Shown: positions 13,384-24,424 of the stretch, one piece after another
Layout: each line of letters opens with the position of its first letter
How positions within the stretch are numbered: position 1 is the first letter of the stretch
Assembly (NCBI RefSeq): GCF_001194135.2
Contig: NC_068982.1
Location: 49,041,037 to 49,105,036, forward strand
DNA: 64,000 nucleotides
Origin: Octopus bimaculoides
Lineage: Eukaryota
Direction: 5' to 3'
Program-made: the position numbers and the translations under genes
The notes under the pieces: generated by a model
Seen by the model: the letters and a program-made list of their open reading frames with translations, nothing else
What the model was told of the DNA's origin: nothing
Databases searched by the model: none

Positions 13384-14650
13384 TCAGGTCATCCCATAAC
13401 TAATATCCAGATTTTAAATAAGGAAAACAAGTGAGCAAATCTTAAATTTTAATGAACTTAATCGTCAATATATTTTCCATAATTATTTATGACATCTTTC
13501 CATCTACTCATAAACTTTTAAACCCCATTAGTGAAAAACTTTTGGTTTTGAAAAGAAGTCTGAAAGGTCAGTCTCAACTTCCTGAAAGAGCAGTTTCGAG
13601 AGTCAATCAATCTAAATGATTCTTTCTGTAAACTACGGAGCAAATGGTAATCTGAAGGAGCAAGGTCTGGAGAATAAGGTAGCAGCCAACTTCTTCAATC
13701 TTGTGACATGGTCTTTGCAGTTGGGGTCATGCATTGTCCCGATGAAACATTATTCCATTTCAATTCACTATAGCAGTCCTTTTTTCCCCAATGCAGTGTT
13801 CAAATGCTCTAATTTCTGACAGTAAATTTGAGTATTGATTGTTACATTAGTTGGTAGCAACTCAAAGTGGATGACTCCTTTGCAATCTCAGCAAACAGAG
13901 AGAAGTAACTTCTTCGCATGGAGCTCCCTTTTTGGTTGTGGTTGTACCTTTTCCCCTCCACCAAGCAATGACTATGGTGCTTAACATTTTGATAAAAGAT
14001 CCATTTTTCATCACCGGTCACCCGTCTGTCCAAACAGGGCGAGATGAGTCCAGGAAAATGAAGAGAAGAGCAGATGTCTACTCTGGATTTGCAGTTGGCT
14101 TCAGACAAATCATAAGGTACTCCTTTCCTGAGTTTTGGGACCTTTTCAAGCTGTTGAAGACGGTGGTGAACAGTTGTATAGCTTGAATGAAGCTTGCTTG
14201 CCAATTATTCAACTGTAACTACCTGAACTTTTTCAAGTTCTGCCAAAAGGATCTTGTCATCAAACTCAACTTGACGTCCTGTTCAGGTCCTATCTTTAAG
14301 GTTGAAATCTCCACTTCTGAATTTTACAAACCATCTTCTGCAAGTTCTTTCATTCAGGCACTCTGCTCCATAAGCTGAGTGAATACTTCGAGTTGCTTCA
14401 ACTGCGAAGTTCCCCTTTTAAAATTCATAAAGCATTATGTGCCTCAAATGCTCCTCAGACACTTTCATGTTTGCAGAGCTATAATTAGTGAAATTTCAAT
14501 TAGATTATCCTGCAAAATGAAATTTAATTAGTTTAAATACGTCCAAATAACTATAAATATTACTTGATTCCATTAAACATTCTAAAATACCGTAAAGCAT
14601 TTACAAATTGAAAATATAAAAGTCCGGACATTACTTATGGGATGACTTGA
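13384..14650 (-). mobile_element. Full-length mariner (Tc1/mariner superfamily) DNA transposon, decayed
   Basis: Left TIR TCAGGTCATCCCATAACTAATATCCAGATTT at 13384 and right TIR (reverse complement TCAAGTCATCCCATAAGTAATGTCCGGACTT) ending at 14650, about 26/31 identical. TA at both flanks (13382-83, 14651-52). The 1267-bp length is typical of mariner. Confidence 0.95.
13458..14468 (-). pseudogene. Mariner transposase pseudogene (stops, frameshifts, an internal deletion)
   Basis: Translation MKVSEEHLRHIMLYEF*KGN...RTCRRWFVKFRSGDFNLKD (helix-turn-helix region), GVPYDL (WVPHEL-like), RVTGDEKWIFYQN (first catalytic D), FHRDNA*P and YSPDLAPSDYHLLRSLQ. These are established mariner motifs. Confidence 0.93.
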
Positions 14651-15445
14651 TAAATAGGCACAATGAGAATGTATTCCCAGTATGAAGCAGTTTCATAGTA
14701 TGAAACAATTTCATTCTATAATTAGCAGGTGTTTCATTAATTCATATCATTAAATCCAAGTGTGAATTTATATAGAATCAGTTACAGCAACTAGTTCTAA
14801 TATAATTCTGTCAAAGTAGATTTAACATGTATGAACTTTAAAAGTAGAATTTATTTCTAATTATTCTGAAGATGAAGTATGTATTGAAAGTTCATAAAAC
14901 ACTAGATGAAAGATTGAATTTGTGATATTTGAATCAAAACTTTAACACTTTAACCTGTTACAGACATCACAGTTACCATCAACATTGAAAATGTTATTAT
15001 TGTTGTTTAACTCTTATTCAGCTCTGATTTAGTAGATGTATGTATAATGAAGTGTGTCCCATTTGTATTATACTCCTTCTTTGTCTTGAAGTAAATACAG
15101 ATGCAGAAGCAGCACACTATAATTTGATTAAAAGTCTTTTAATAAAGATAATTATCTACTAACTGTAGATTTGCTATATGTAGAGGAATAAATCTAATTC
15201 TATGGAAACTGAATAAAATTCTTCTCATTTATATTAGTTTACAATTTCAAATTCAACAGTGCTTTTCTCTAAAAATGCTTAAAACACTTAAAAGCTACAT
15301 TTCCCCATGATATTGGAATAGTAAATATTGTAAAATATGCTTACTTGCAGTTTAGTGATGAAATGTTTTTTTCATTCACACAATTTTTGTTATTTGGGTT
15401 TTATACTGCATGCTTAATATTACAAATTAATACTTTCTTTCTTAG

Positions 15446-15589
15446 GGCCCCAAGGCAGTCAATGTAGCTTCTGCCAAGAAGAATCTATTGTCTGTCCAGT
15501 CTAATAAAATACATAATGAGGAAAAAGCCAATATTGAAAACGATGATGATTATAAAAGTAATGACAAACTGTTTGGCTGTGTTGTATAA
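15446..15589 (+). CDS. Candidate terminal exon of an unidentified gene (GPKAVNVASAKKNLLSVQSNKIHNEEKANIENDDDYKSNDKLFGCVV*)
   Basis: Good acceptor (ttaatactttctttcttag) directly followed by 47 open codons in non-repetitive sequence. No homology recognised and no partner exons found. Confidence 0.25.
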   Translation, partial: GPKAVNVASAKKNLLSVQSNKIHNEEKANIENDDDYKSNDKLFGCVV

Positions 15590-16285
15590 TTGATAAAATA
15601 TATCAGCAGTATTATTGATAAAAGAGTTTTGTCTGAAAATTAGTAGGAACAATGAGGATATTAAATTCTGAGCAGGCAAGGAAATAGATGTTTTAATAGC
15701 ATTTAATGTTGATGTTTGGAACTACTTTGACCATTCTTTGGTCATTATTCTTCAGTAATTACAAATCCACTAATCTAAAAACAAAGGTAATTATCTTAAG
15801 ATGCTTTTAGTATCTTCTAGGCCTTTCCAAATTCAAAATCATTCCCACATTATCATATAAATGAAATCGGTGCTGATCATAAGGCCAAACATGAGAAGTC
15901 TGAGAGGAAGAAGGCCAAATGTCTATGACCAAAGAATCGGAATAGCGAAAGTTTTAGACACAAAATATCAAATGCCATACTGTTGAAAGATCTAAAATCT
16001 GATTAAAAGGACAAATTTTGATAAACCAAGAATAGATTTACGCACTGGCTTATTTCCCTTTATCTACACTCTTTTGCTATGAAATACTTATTTCAAATTT
16101 TGACGCAAGATTAGCAAATTTTAAAGGCATGAGATTAGTTAATTGAATGGTACTTAGTTTTATCAAACCTGAAAGAATGAAAGGCAATATTGACCTTGGT
16201 GGCATTTGAACTTAGAATATAAAGATCCAAAGAAATTCTGTTGAGCATTTTCTGCAATGCATGCCACCTTTCTTTTACTATGTAA

Positions 16286-16511
16286 TAGTAATCCCTCAAC
16301 TATCACAGGTATTACGTTCCACCACCCACCCACCGACAAGTGAAAATCTATGAAGTAGAAACAGTACTGTACAGTATATATTTTTACAATTATTTTCATA
16401 AATTGTAGATATTTAATTTATTATAAATTCAAAACAACACCACAGAGGAATTGACGTAAGCTTAAATAATAAACCATGATAGGAGAAACTTGATACGGCA
16501 AGGGATTACCA
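16286..16511. mobile_element. Tigger/pogo-like MITE remnant
   Basis: Left end TAGTAATCCCTCAACTATC and right end GATACGGCAAGGGATTACCA are imperfect inverted copies of a CAGTAATCCCTCG-type TIR. Confidence 0.5.
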
Positions 16512-16699
16512 TGCTAATATATAAACATCACACTTTTAATCATTCAGTTTGTTTATGTTTTTATTGAGAGGAAATCAAAGAAAATATTCAATAATGAGAG
16601 AATTTCAAGATTAGAAATATTTGATAAATAAACTAAGTTTTTGTTTTTGTGTCCAGTATCATATTTGTGTCCAGTATCATATTTCTGCAATACACTTTT

Positions 16700-17242
16700 A
16701 ATTTATTTTCTAAGTAAATATATCCACCATATCTCACATACCTTTGTTATTCTAATACAATATCTAAAAAATCCCTTTTAAAATTTCAAATGAATGTCTT
16801 TTGAGACGGTTTATCTCATTAATTTTTTCTTAAAAACCTCAAAATTCAGACTTTCGTTCAGCATTATGCCATCTAGTATTCTGAGTTTTCTAATTTTTAA
16901 TCCTTTTGGTTATTTTGATTTTTCCAAGTTTTGGAACTCAGCCTTCTTTTCTTTTAACTTTTTAAAATTTAGCTTTAGCATTATAATAAATGTTTTAATG
17001 ATTATACAGATGTCCAATAGAATAGCTCTCAGAAACAGACTACGTACAAATTCTTTCTTCACAACTCCTGAAGCCATTTTCAGACAGGGGGTTGATGAAA
17101 TCTTCAAACAGCTAGAGGCTCCAATCAAAACAGGGGACCCAAAATGATAAGGTTAAGAAATGCTGTTATAGATTATGCCTAACCGAAAATGATCACAGCC
17201 ACATCATCCAAACAGGTCGGGTGAAACCCGGTTTAGCTGCTA

Positions 17243-17243
<1 letters not shown>
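16700..17243 (+). mobile_element. Non-autonomous Helitron-like element, 3' end defined (5' boundary uncertain)
   Basis: GC-rich hairpin CGGGT-GAA-ACCCG (17218-17230) followed 9 nt later by CTAG (17240-17243) and then T, the canonical Helitron 3' terminus. Confidence 0.6.
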
Positions 17244-17328
<85 letters not shown>

Positions 17329-17574
17329 ACACACACACAAACACACACATATATATGCACATATATATGTATGTGTATGTTTCTCAGAGTGGTTGATATT
17401 AGGAAGGGCATCTAGCTGTAGAAACTTTGCCAGAACAGATTGGAGCCAGGTGCTGCCTTCTGGCTCGCCAGCCCTCAGTGAAACCATCCAACCCATGCCA
17501 GCTTGGGGAGCAGACATTAAATGATGATGATGATGATGAGGATGATGATATACAGACATATGTATGTATGTGTG

Positions 17575-17899
17575 TGTAAGTCTGTCATACCGGCCATGAC
17601 GAAGGGAAATAGCCCTGAAACTCGAGTCGCCTTTATATATATATATTTATATTTATATATTTATATATTTGATCCTTTATATTGAACACTCAATATTTCA
17701 TCTACATTCAATACTTTCTTTCATGGTGCCATCCATTTTAATTTAATTTTATTTTATATTGTATATTGTATATCATATTATATATTGTATATTCCATATT
17801 CTATACCCCACATTAGTTCTGCAGGAATATAAATAAAACATAAAAAACAGACAGTGTTGGAACTCTTTTAAGCAAAATAATATATTCCTCTATACACAA
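17575..17899 (+). mobile_element. Penelope-like terminal-repeat fragment with a minimal hammerhead-like motif (17592-17631)
   Basis: GGC-C-ATGACGA-AGGG(AAATAG)CCCT-GAAA-CTCGAG-TC-GCC has the type I minimal hammerhead layout with a palindromic stem III; pyrimidine/AT-rich sequence follows. Confidence 0.5.
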
Positions 17900-19160
17900 N
17901 NNNNNNNNNNNNNNNNNNNNNNNNNNNNNNNNNNNNNNNNNNNNNNNNNNNNNNNNNNNNNNNNNNNNNNNNNNNNNNNNNNNNNNNNNNNNNNNNNNNN
18001 NNNNNNNNNNNNNNNNNNNNNNNNNNNNNNNNNNNNNNNNNNNNNNNNNNNNNNNNNNNNNNNNNNNNNNNNNNNNNNNNNNNNNNNNNNNNNNNNNNNN
18101 NNNNNNNNNNNNNNNNNNNNNNNNNNNNNNNNNNNNNNNNNNNNNNNNNNNNNNNNNNNNNNNNNNNNNNNNNNNNNNNNNTATATATATATACATATGC
18201 ACATATATATATGTAATCTATAAAGGTTCATACTATTTGTATGAAGATTATATTCACAAACCACAAGTAAGAAGATAGACTTGTTCTTCCTTTTTAAAAA
18301 TATTTACCAAACCTTCTGCTGTGCAAATTGATTGACTCCAATAAAACTGCTCTCAGTCTCAACTTTATTCATATTCTGTAACATCCCTTCTTCAACCAAA
18401 CAACAACAACAACAATAATAACATCAGCAACACTATCTGCTGCTGCTGCTTCTGCAGCCATCTTTTTGCACTACCATCACAAACAATATTCACAACAACA
18501 ACAACAACAACAACAATAATTATGGCTATCCGTCTACTACTCTCACTACAGCCTCAGCCAATACTTATAATTATAATCGAAATGAGACGAGTCAATACTT
18601 TCCAACCGAAGACAGTCACTTAATTAACAGTCTAGCTTTGATTAACAGACAAACATAATTATAAACCGATTTAAATCTTTGCAATTTCCAAGACACTCTT
18701 CACACCAATCTATCCTTTTTCTCAACACTTTGTTTTGCTTTCTAATCATCTGTGCTTTCTTTTCTCCCCCTACAATTTGTCTTCTTCATTATTTTCTTTA
18801 TATCTGTCTTTATCTAATAATTAAACAAGTTTCTACCTCTCGTTTTCTCTTCTCTGTCATTTCACTAATGTTTGAACTTGACAGAATCAAGAAACAGAGA
18901 TTGTCCTTATTTCATGCAGTGCTTCCATTTTTGTTTTTCTTCCACTCCCCTTGCACTGATTGTGCCTTTCCTTTATAACTTCATAACCTTCTCATTCATT
19001 CATTCATTCATTCATTCATTCATTCATCCATCATCATCGTCATCATCAGCATCACCATTTGTCATCATCTTTGTCACCATCATAATCTTTGTCATCATCG
19101 TCGTTATGATTGTCATCATCATTGTCATCATCATTGTCATCATCATTGTCATCATCATCA

Positions 19161-19980
19161 TGCTCGGATGGTGCTTTTAGCGCTCCACTGGTACAGGTGC
19201 CATCACGATTTCGCTTTCACTTGTCCCAACAGGTCTTCGCATGCCAAGTTTAGTGTCCAATGAAGGAGACGTTGGCATGGGTGCCAGTCGTCGAATTTGG
19301 TTCAATTTCGATTTCACTTGCCTCAACAGGTCTTCGCAAGCGGAGTTTAGTGTCCAATGAAGGAAAGGTACGCATAAGTGGGCTGGCTACACCCCTGGCA
19401 GAGGCCTCGGATTATGGTCTCAATTGGTTTACCAGGTCTTCTCATGCACAGTATATTTCTAAAGGTCTCGGTTACAAGTCATTGCCTCGGTGAAGCCTAA
19501 TGTTTGAAGGTCGTGCTTCACCACCTCATCCCAGGTCTTCCTGGGTCTACCTCTTCCACAGGTTCCCTCAACTGCTAGGGTGTGACACTTTTTCACACAA
19601 CTACCCTCATCCATTCTTGCCACATGACCATACCAGCGCAATCATCTCTCTTGCACACCACAACTGATGCTTCTTAGGTTCAACTTTTCTCTCAAGGTAC
19701 TTACACTCTGTCAAGTATGCACACTGATATTACACATCCATCGGAGCATACTGGCTTCATTCTTTGTGAGCTTACGCATGTCCTCAACAGTCATGGCCCA
19801 TGTTTCACTGCCATGTAGCATGGCTGTTCGTACACATGCGTCATACAATCTGCCTTTTACTCTGTGCGAGAGGCCCTTTGTCACCAGCAGAGGTAAGAGC
19901 TCTCTGAACTTTGCCCAGGCTATTCTTATTTTAGCAGCTACACTTTCAGTGCACCCTCTCCCACTGCTAACTTGGTCACC
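19161..19980 (-). mobile_element. 5'-truncated RTE-clade LINE: RT C-terminus (19429-19980) plus 3' UTR
   Basis: Single frame GDQVSSGRGCTESVAAKIRIAWAKFRELLPLL...LYDACVRTAMLHGSETW...LRWYGHVARM...GRGRPRKTWDEVVKHDL with three internal stops and no frameshift. MLHGSETW, RWYGHV and RGRPRKTW are characteristic of RTE LINE ORF ends. A (GAT)n-type run follows at 19030-19160. Confidence 0.92.
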
Positions 19981-20366
19981 TTCAGCTAAAACCGTCTCCA
20001 GTTCTTGTAGTGATGATGGTAAAGGATATCAACTCCTTACTTGTTTTTCTATAATGCCCCATAAATGTTGAATAATATTGAGATCTGAGGACTGTGGTGG
20101 CCAGATAAGATGTTCAACTTAACTAGAATGTTCCTTGTGCCATTCAGTAACAACTTTAGCTGTGTGAATTGGTGCATTATCATCCTGAAAGATTGTTTCC
20201 CTCCAGAAATAGTTCTGCCACCATAGGATGAATTTGATAAGATAAAATGCTGGAATAGTCTTGACTATTTCTGCCATGAAGGGAAACCATTGGGCCAGCA
20301 GATTTCCAAGATATCACAGATCCTCATCACAGATCCTCCTCTATGTTTAACAGTTGGAAGAAGGCA
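19981..20366 (-). mobile_element. Tc1-family (DD34E) transposase fragment
   Basis: PTVKHRGGSVM...SWKSAGPM, IFQDDNAPIHTAKVVTEW and WPPQSSDLNIIQHLWG match the Tc1 catalytic-domain motifs (FQQDNAP.H, WPSQSPDLNPIE.LW). Confidence 0.88.
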
Positions 20367-20528
20367 GGTGGTGCCCCAGCATGGCCACAGTCTAATGACT
20401 GTAAGAATTAAAAGAAAAAAAGATATATATGGGGGTTGGTCAAAATAATGGAAACACCTAGCATCATAGCATCATAATTTTGAAGTATCTATACATACAT
20501 ACATACATACAGCTCATACATACATACA

Positions 20529-20559
<31 letters not shown>

Positions 20560-20621
20560 GTACATACGTACATATGTACATATGTACTTAAGGATTATTA
20601 TTATTATTATTATTATTATTA

Positions 20622-20826
20622 AGGCAACAAGCTGGCAGAATCATTAGCATGCTAGGCAAAATGTTTAGCAGCATTTCAGCCGTCTTTACTATCTGAGTTC
20701 AAATTTCGCCAAGGTTAGCTTTGCTTTCATCCTTTTGGGATCAATAAATTAAATACAAGTAAAACTGATGTAATTGACTATTCCCCTCGCCCCAAATTTC
20801 AGGCCTTCTGCCTTTAGTAGAAAGGG
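20622..20826 (+). mobile_element. SINE family B (GGCGGTGAGCTGGCAGAA head); over 20 copies in the window, e.g. 28652-28866(-), 34500-34715(+), 39645-39855(+), 42205-42440(-), 42660-42845(-), 42878-43020(+), 51110-51360(+), 51838-52060(+), 54640-54830(-)
   Basis: Recurrent GCTGGCAGAATC.TTAGCA..C.GGCAAAATGCTTAGC...CTGAGTTCAAATT (B-box-like)...TTTGCCTTTCATCC...AAGTACCAGTT...GGCCTTGTGCCAAAATTTGAAACCA. Confidence 0.9.
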
Positions 20827-21132
20827 TTATTATCATTATTATTATTATTATTATTATTATAACTATTAGTGTACTGCTGCTCTCCACCCATTTTTGTACT
20901 GTCATTTATCACCTACTCCTCTTTAATTTACTCCTATTTTCTTCACCTTCCCTGCCTTCAGCTGATATTCACAACTGACAACGTCTCCATCATTGTTCAT
21001 CATTCACTGCATTCACCTCTGTCCCCTTCTGTAACCCTTTGTCGCTTTCCTTTCATGCTCTTGTGAACGTTATAGATACACGCCCAATCATACACCTGCA
21101 GACACGCATATATGCACATGAGCATGTCCATT

Positions 21133-21174
<42 letters not shown>

Positions 21175-22311
21175 AGATACATATACATAGAGAGAGGGGG
21201 GCGGAGAGAAGGGGAGAGAAATGTGAAATATAATCATGTTGGTTTTTTTTTTAAGTGAATATTTTTCAGAATGCTCTTAATTCCCGGTGGTAATATAATT
21301 TATATCACTTTTACTGCTTCCAGCATCCAATCAGTACATATTATTGTCATTGTATATAATAACACGATGAAAACAATCTCTAAAATACAAGTGGAACAAA
21401 GAACAAACGAATCACTAAAAGAATATGGAATTGCACTGATATTTCACTCAAAATATACTTATTGTGGTTTACTTGAACATGCATTAAAAATACAGTTTCC
21501 AAATAAAAGAGAGTACTGACAAACATTGGACTGTCTAAACAGACTATCAATTGAGTATTATAGACAATATATGAGAAGAAGACAAAAAAAAGAGAAAATT
21601 CCAAAGACTATAACACTTGAAAGAAAATTCATGCACCAAAGCTATTGATGAATCAGAGATACAAGTTTTTATCGAAATAACTGAGTAAAAGATTGAGGAA
21701 ATAAAACTGGTTACTCCATTCTTTATTCAATCATCCTTTCATAAAATGATGTAAAATATAAAGTAATATTTCAAATACCATTATTTCTATTTAAAGACTG
21801 AGAAATTTATGTGAGAAAGAAGACTGATGTCAAATGTCAGACGTGTGAGCTGTCAGATTCAGTTACATCTTTTGTTCAAATCAAACCTTGCCAAAGAACC
21901 ATCAACAGATACATAAAAACCCTATTTGTTCTAAAAGAAATAGTGTACAATAGAAAACAAAGAACAAGAGTTCTTTCTTTTATGTATGTATTTATTTTTC
22001 CTTAAGTATAAATATTGTGAAGATATATTGCAAGAAGTGGCTATAATAATTATATCTTGTAATTTTAATTCATGAAAAACTTGAATTGTTGGTTTAAGAA
22101 CAGAAGAAACTGAAGATGCTTTCCTTTCAAATCAGATAAACAAATTAACCATTTTGATATCAACCCACCTGAAATTGCCTTTGGTTCTATGATACAAAGT
22201 TTCTACTTCTAAATTAAAACTTTTCATCATAATTTGATGGAAATTTCTGTTCCAAACAACAGGTTAATAAAAACAAAGCTGGGTAATATAGTTTGCATGG
22301 AGCATTGACTG

Positions 22312-22346
<35 letters not shown>

Positions 22347-22398
22347 ACTTGGGGNNNNNNNNNNAGATAGATAGATAGATAGATAGATAGATACGTAT

Positions 22399-22435
<37 letters not shown>

Positions 22436-23413
22436 TCATCATCCTTATCATTCATGGGTTGGATGGTTTGACAGGATGTTCAGCTTTTTTTACCAACCAA
22501 CTGCACAAATGATTTGTTTAGAATGATTGAGTGTATGTGTGGTACATTAGCTCACTTGCTCCTTCAAATTGACATCACCTCAACAGGTGTCCGGCGTGCC
22601 ATGCATCAAGTGTCAAAGTGATCGCAGAGCAATGTGAGATGAACTGTTTTGCTCAAGAATACAATGCACCAACTGGTCTAGGAATTGAAACTACCATCTC
22701 GCGATTGTGAGTGCAACACCCAGACCACTAGACCATCATGCATCCTCAGTAATAATAACAATAAGCAGAGGCAGCAGCAGCAGCAGCCGCAGTAGCAGTA
22801 GTGGTGGAGGTGGAGATGGGGGTGGTGGTGGTGGTGGTGTTAGCTGTCGTCATGGTAGTAGTGGTGCTGTCCTAGTGATGCTGAACTTAAATTGAATATG
22901 ATAAGGCCAAAACTGGCAAACATTAGTTTTAAGAGAATTCCGTACTGATTTAGAAATTCTGTTCTACCAATTTGAGCAAATCAATAGCTGAATAGACATT
23001 TAATAGCAGTAAAATTAAATTGTAAGCCTGGGTATGAAATCCAAAAATAACCAGATCAAAGTTAAATGCTTCATTTGTCTTTCAAAGGTCATCTACTGAT
23101 ATCTTTAAGAATCTATTTTGGTTCTCAGGATCTAAGACAGCATGTAGAATTAGGTGCTAGCAAGTCAGCATATGGTTTTACTATTTAAATGTTGATTAAT
23201 ATGTTCAGGGACAGATAGAATAATAAAATGAAAATAATAAAAAAAAGATGCTATTTGTATTTGTAGATGAGATGTATGTAGACTACTGTAATAGTAATCA
23301 GAATATATATGTATATATGAACTTGCATGTTTAGATTGAGTAAAAAGCAGGACAAAATTAACAGAAGCAGACGATCTGACAATAAAATGCCAACATAAAA
23401 AGTTCTCCAATAG

Positions 23414-23463
<50 letters not shown>

Positions 23464-24201
23464 CCACCTCATCATCATCATCATCTTCATCATCATCATC
23501 ATCAACATGTAACACCCTTCTTCAATGCTCGCATAGGTTGGGCAGTTTAGCAGGAGTTGATAAACCACCAGAACTGCCCCAAGCTCCAGTGTCCTCTTTG
23601 GCATGGTTTCTGTGGCCGGATGCCCTTCTTAATACCAACTGTTTTACAAAGTGTACTTGATATTTTTTACATGGTTTTGGCATATTGAGGTTATCCTCTC
23701 ATACAGTAAACCAAGGGAACTCACACAGAGTATCCCAGATTACTCTACAACAGTCATGAGCAAACTGACATCCAAGGGACTTTCTGAATGACATACCTAA
23801 TGAAAATCACCTTGAATTTTTTTACTAGCATGGCTCGCCTGATGATGTTCTGTTCTTATGAGGCCTGCTTCTCATAAAAGATTGTCCATGCCCTCTCCAC
23901 AGAATGAAAATCATTAAAAGTACCCTCTCCCAAAAGCATAATTACAATAACACCATTCAACTTTGTCAAGCTTGCTGCTCTTACCTGACTCCCATTAAAT
24001 ACACTAAGATAGAACCTTCCTTTCTATCATCAACTTTTTCAGGTATAACTTGAAGAAACTGATGAGAGCTTGACCAGAGAGGAAAATACTTGTCCTCATA
24101 CCTTTTGAATGCATCTACCACACAACTTCTTTCACTTAAGACACCAAAAAAGAGATCAGACTCGTAAAGAAATTTGTAACATTTCTGAAGGGGAAATTTA
24201 A

Positions 24202-24424
24202 CCCTTTAGCATTTAAACTGGTCATATCTGGCTCAATTATTCTGCATGTTTTATGATCAAACCAACCAGATACAGCCTCTCACACCTACTACCCTACAAT
24301 GTCCTTCTAAAAATAAGCAATCGCATCATCAAAATTTCAAAGCTACAGGATAATGCATGATTAATTTAAAACAATGTGAATAAATAAGTATTACATTTGA
24401 CAGAGTAATATGAATGCTAAAGGG
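24202..24424. mobile_element. piggyBac-like MITE (family 1)
   Basis: TTAA-CCCTTTAGCATT ... AATGCTAAAGGG-TCAA; a homologous copy lies at 38007-38348. Confidence 0.8.

Noticed and set aside
21887-22246. Apparent pair of phase-compatible minus-strand exons (22169-22246 and 21887-21930) with good splice sites
   Set aside because: The first lies inside a truncated piggyBac-like MITE (22145-22300) homologous to 61894-62130, so the open frame and splice sites are most likely chance; only RNA data could rescue it as exonisation.
24066-24110. CTGATGA...GAAA as a further hammerhead (also near 23834 and 54334)
   Set aside because: Stem II cannot pair.
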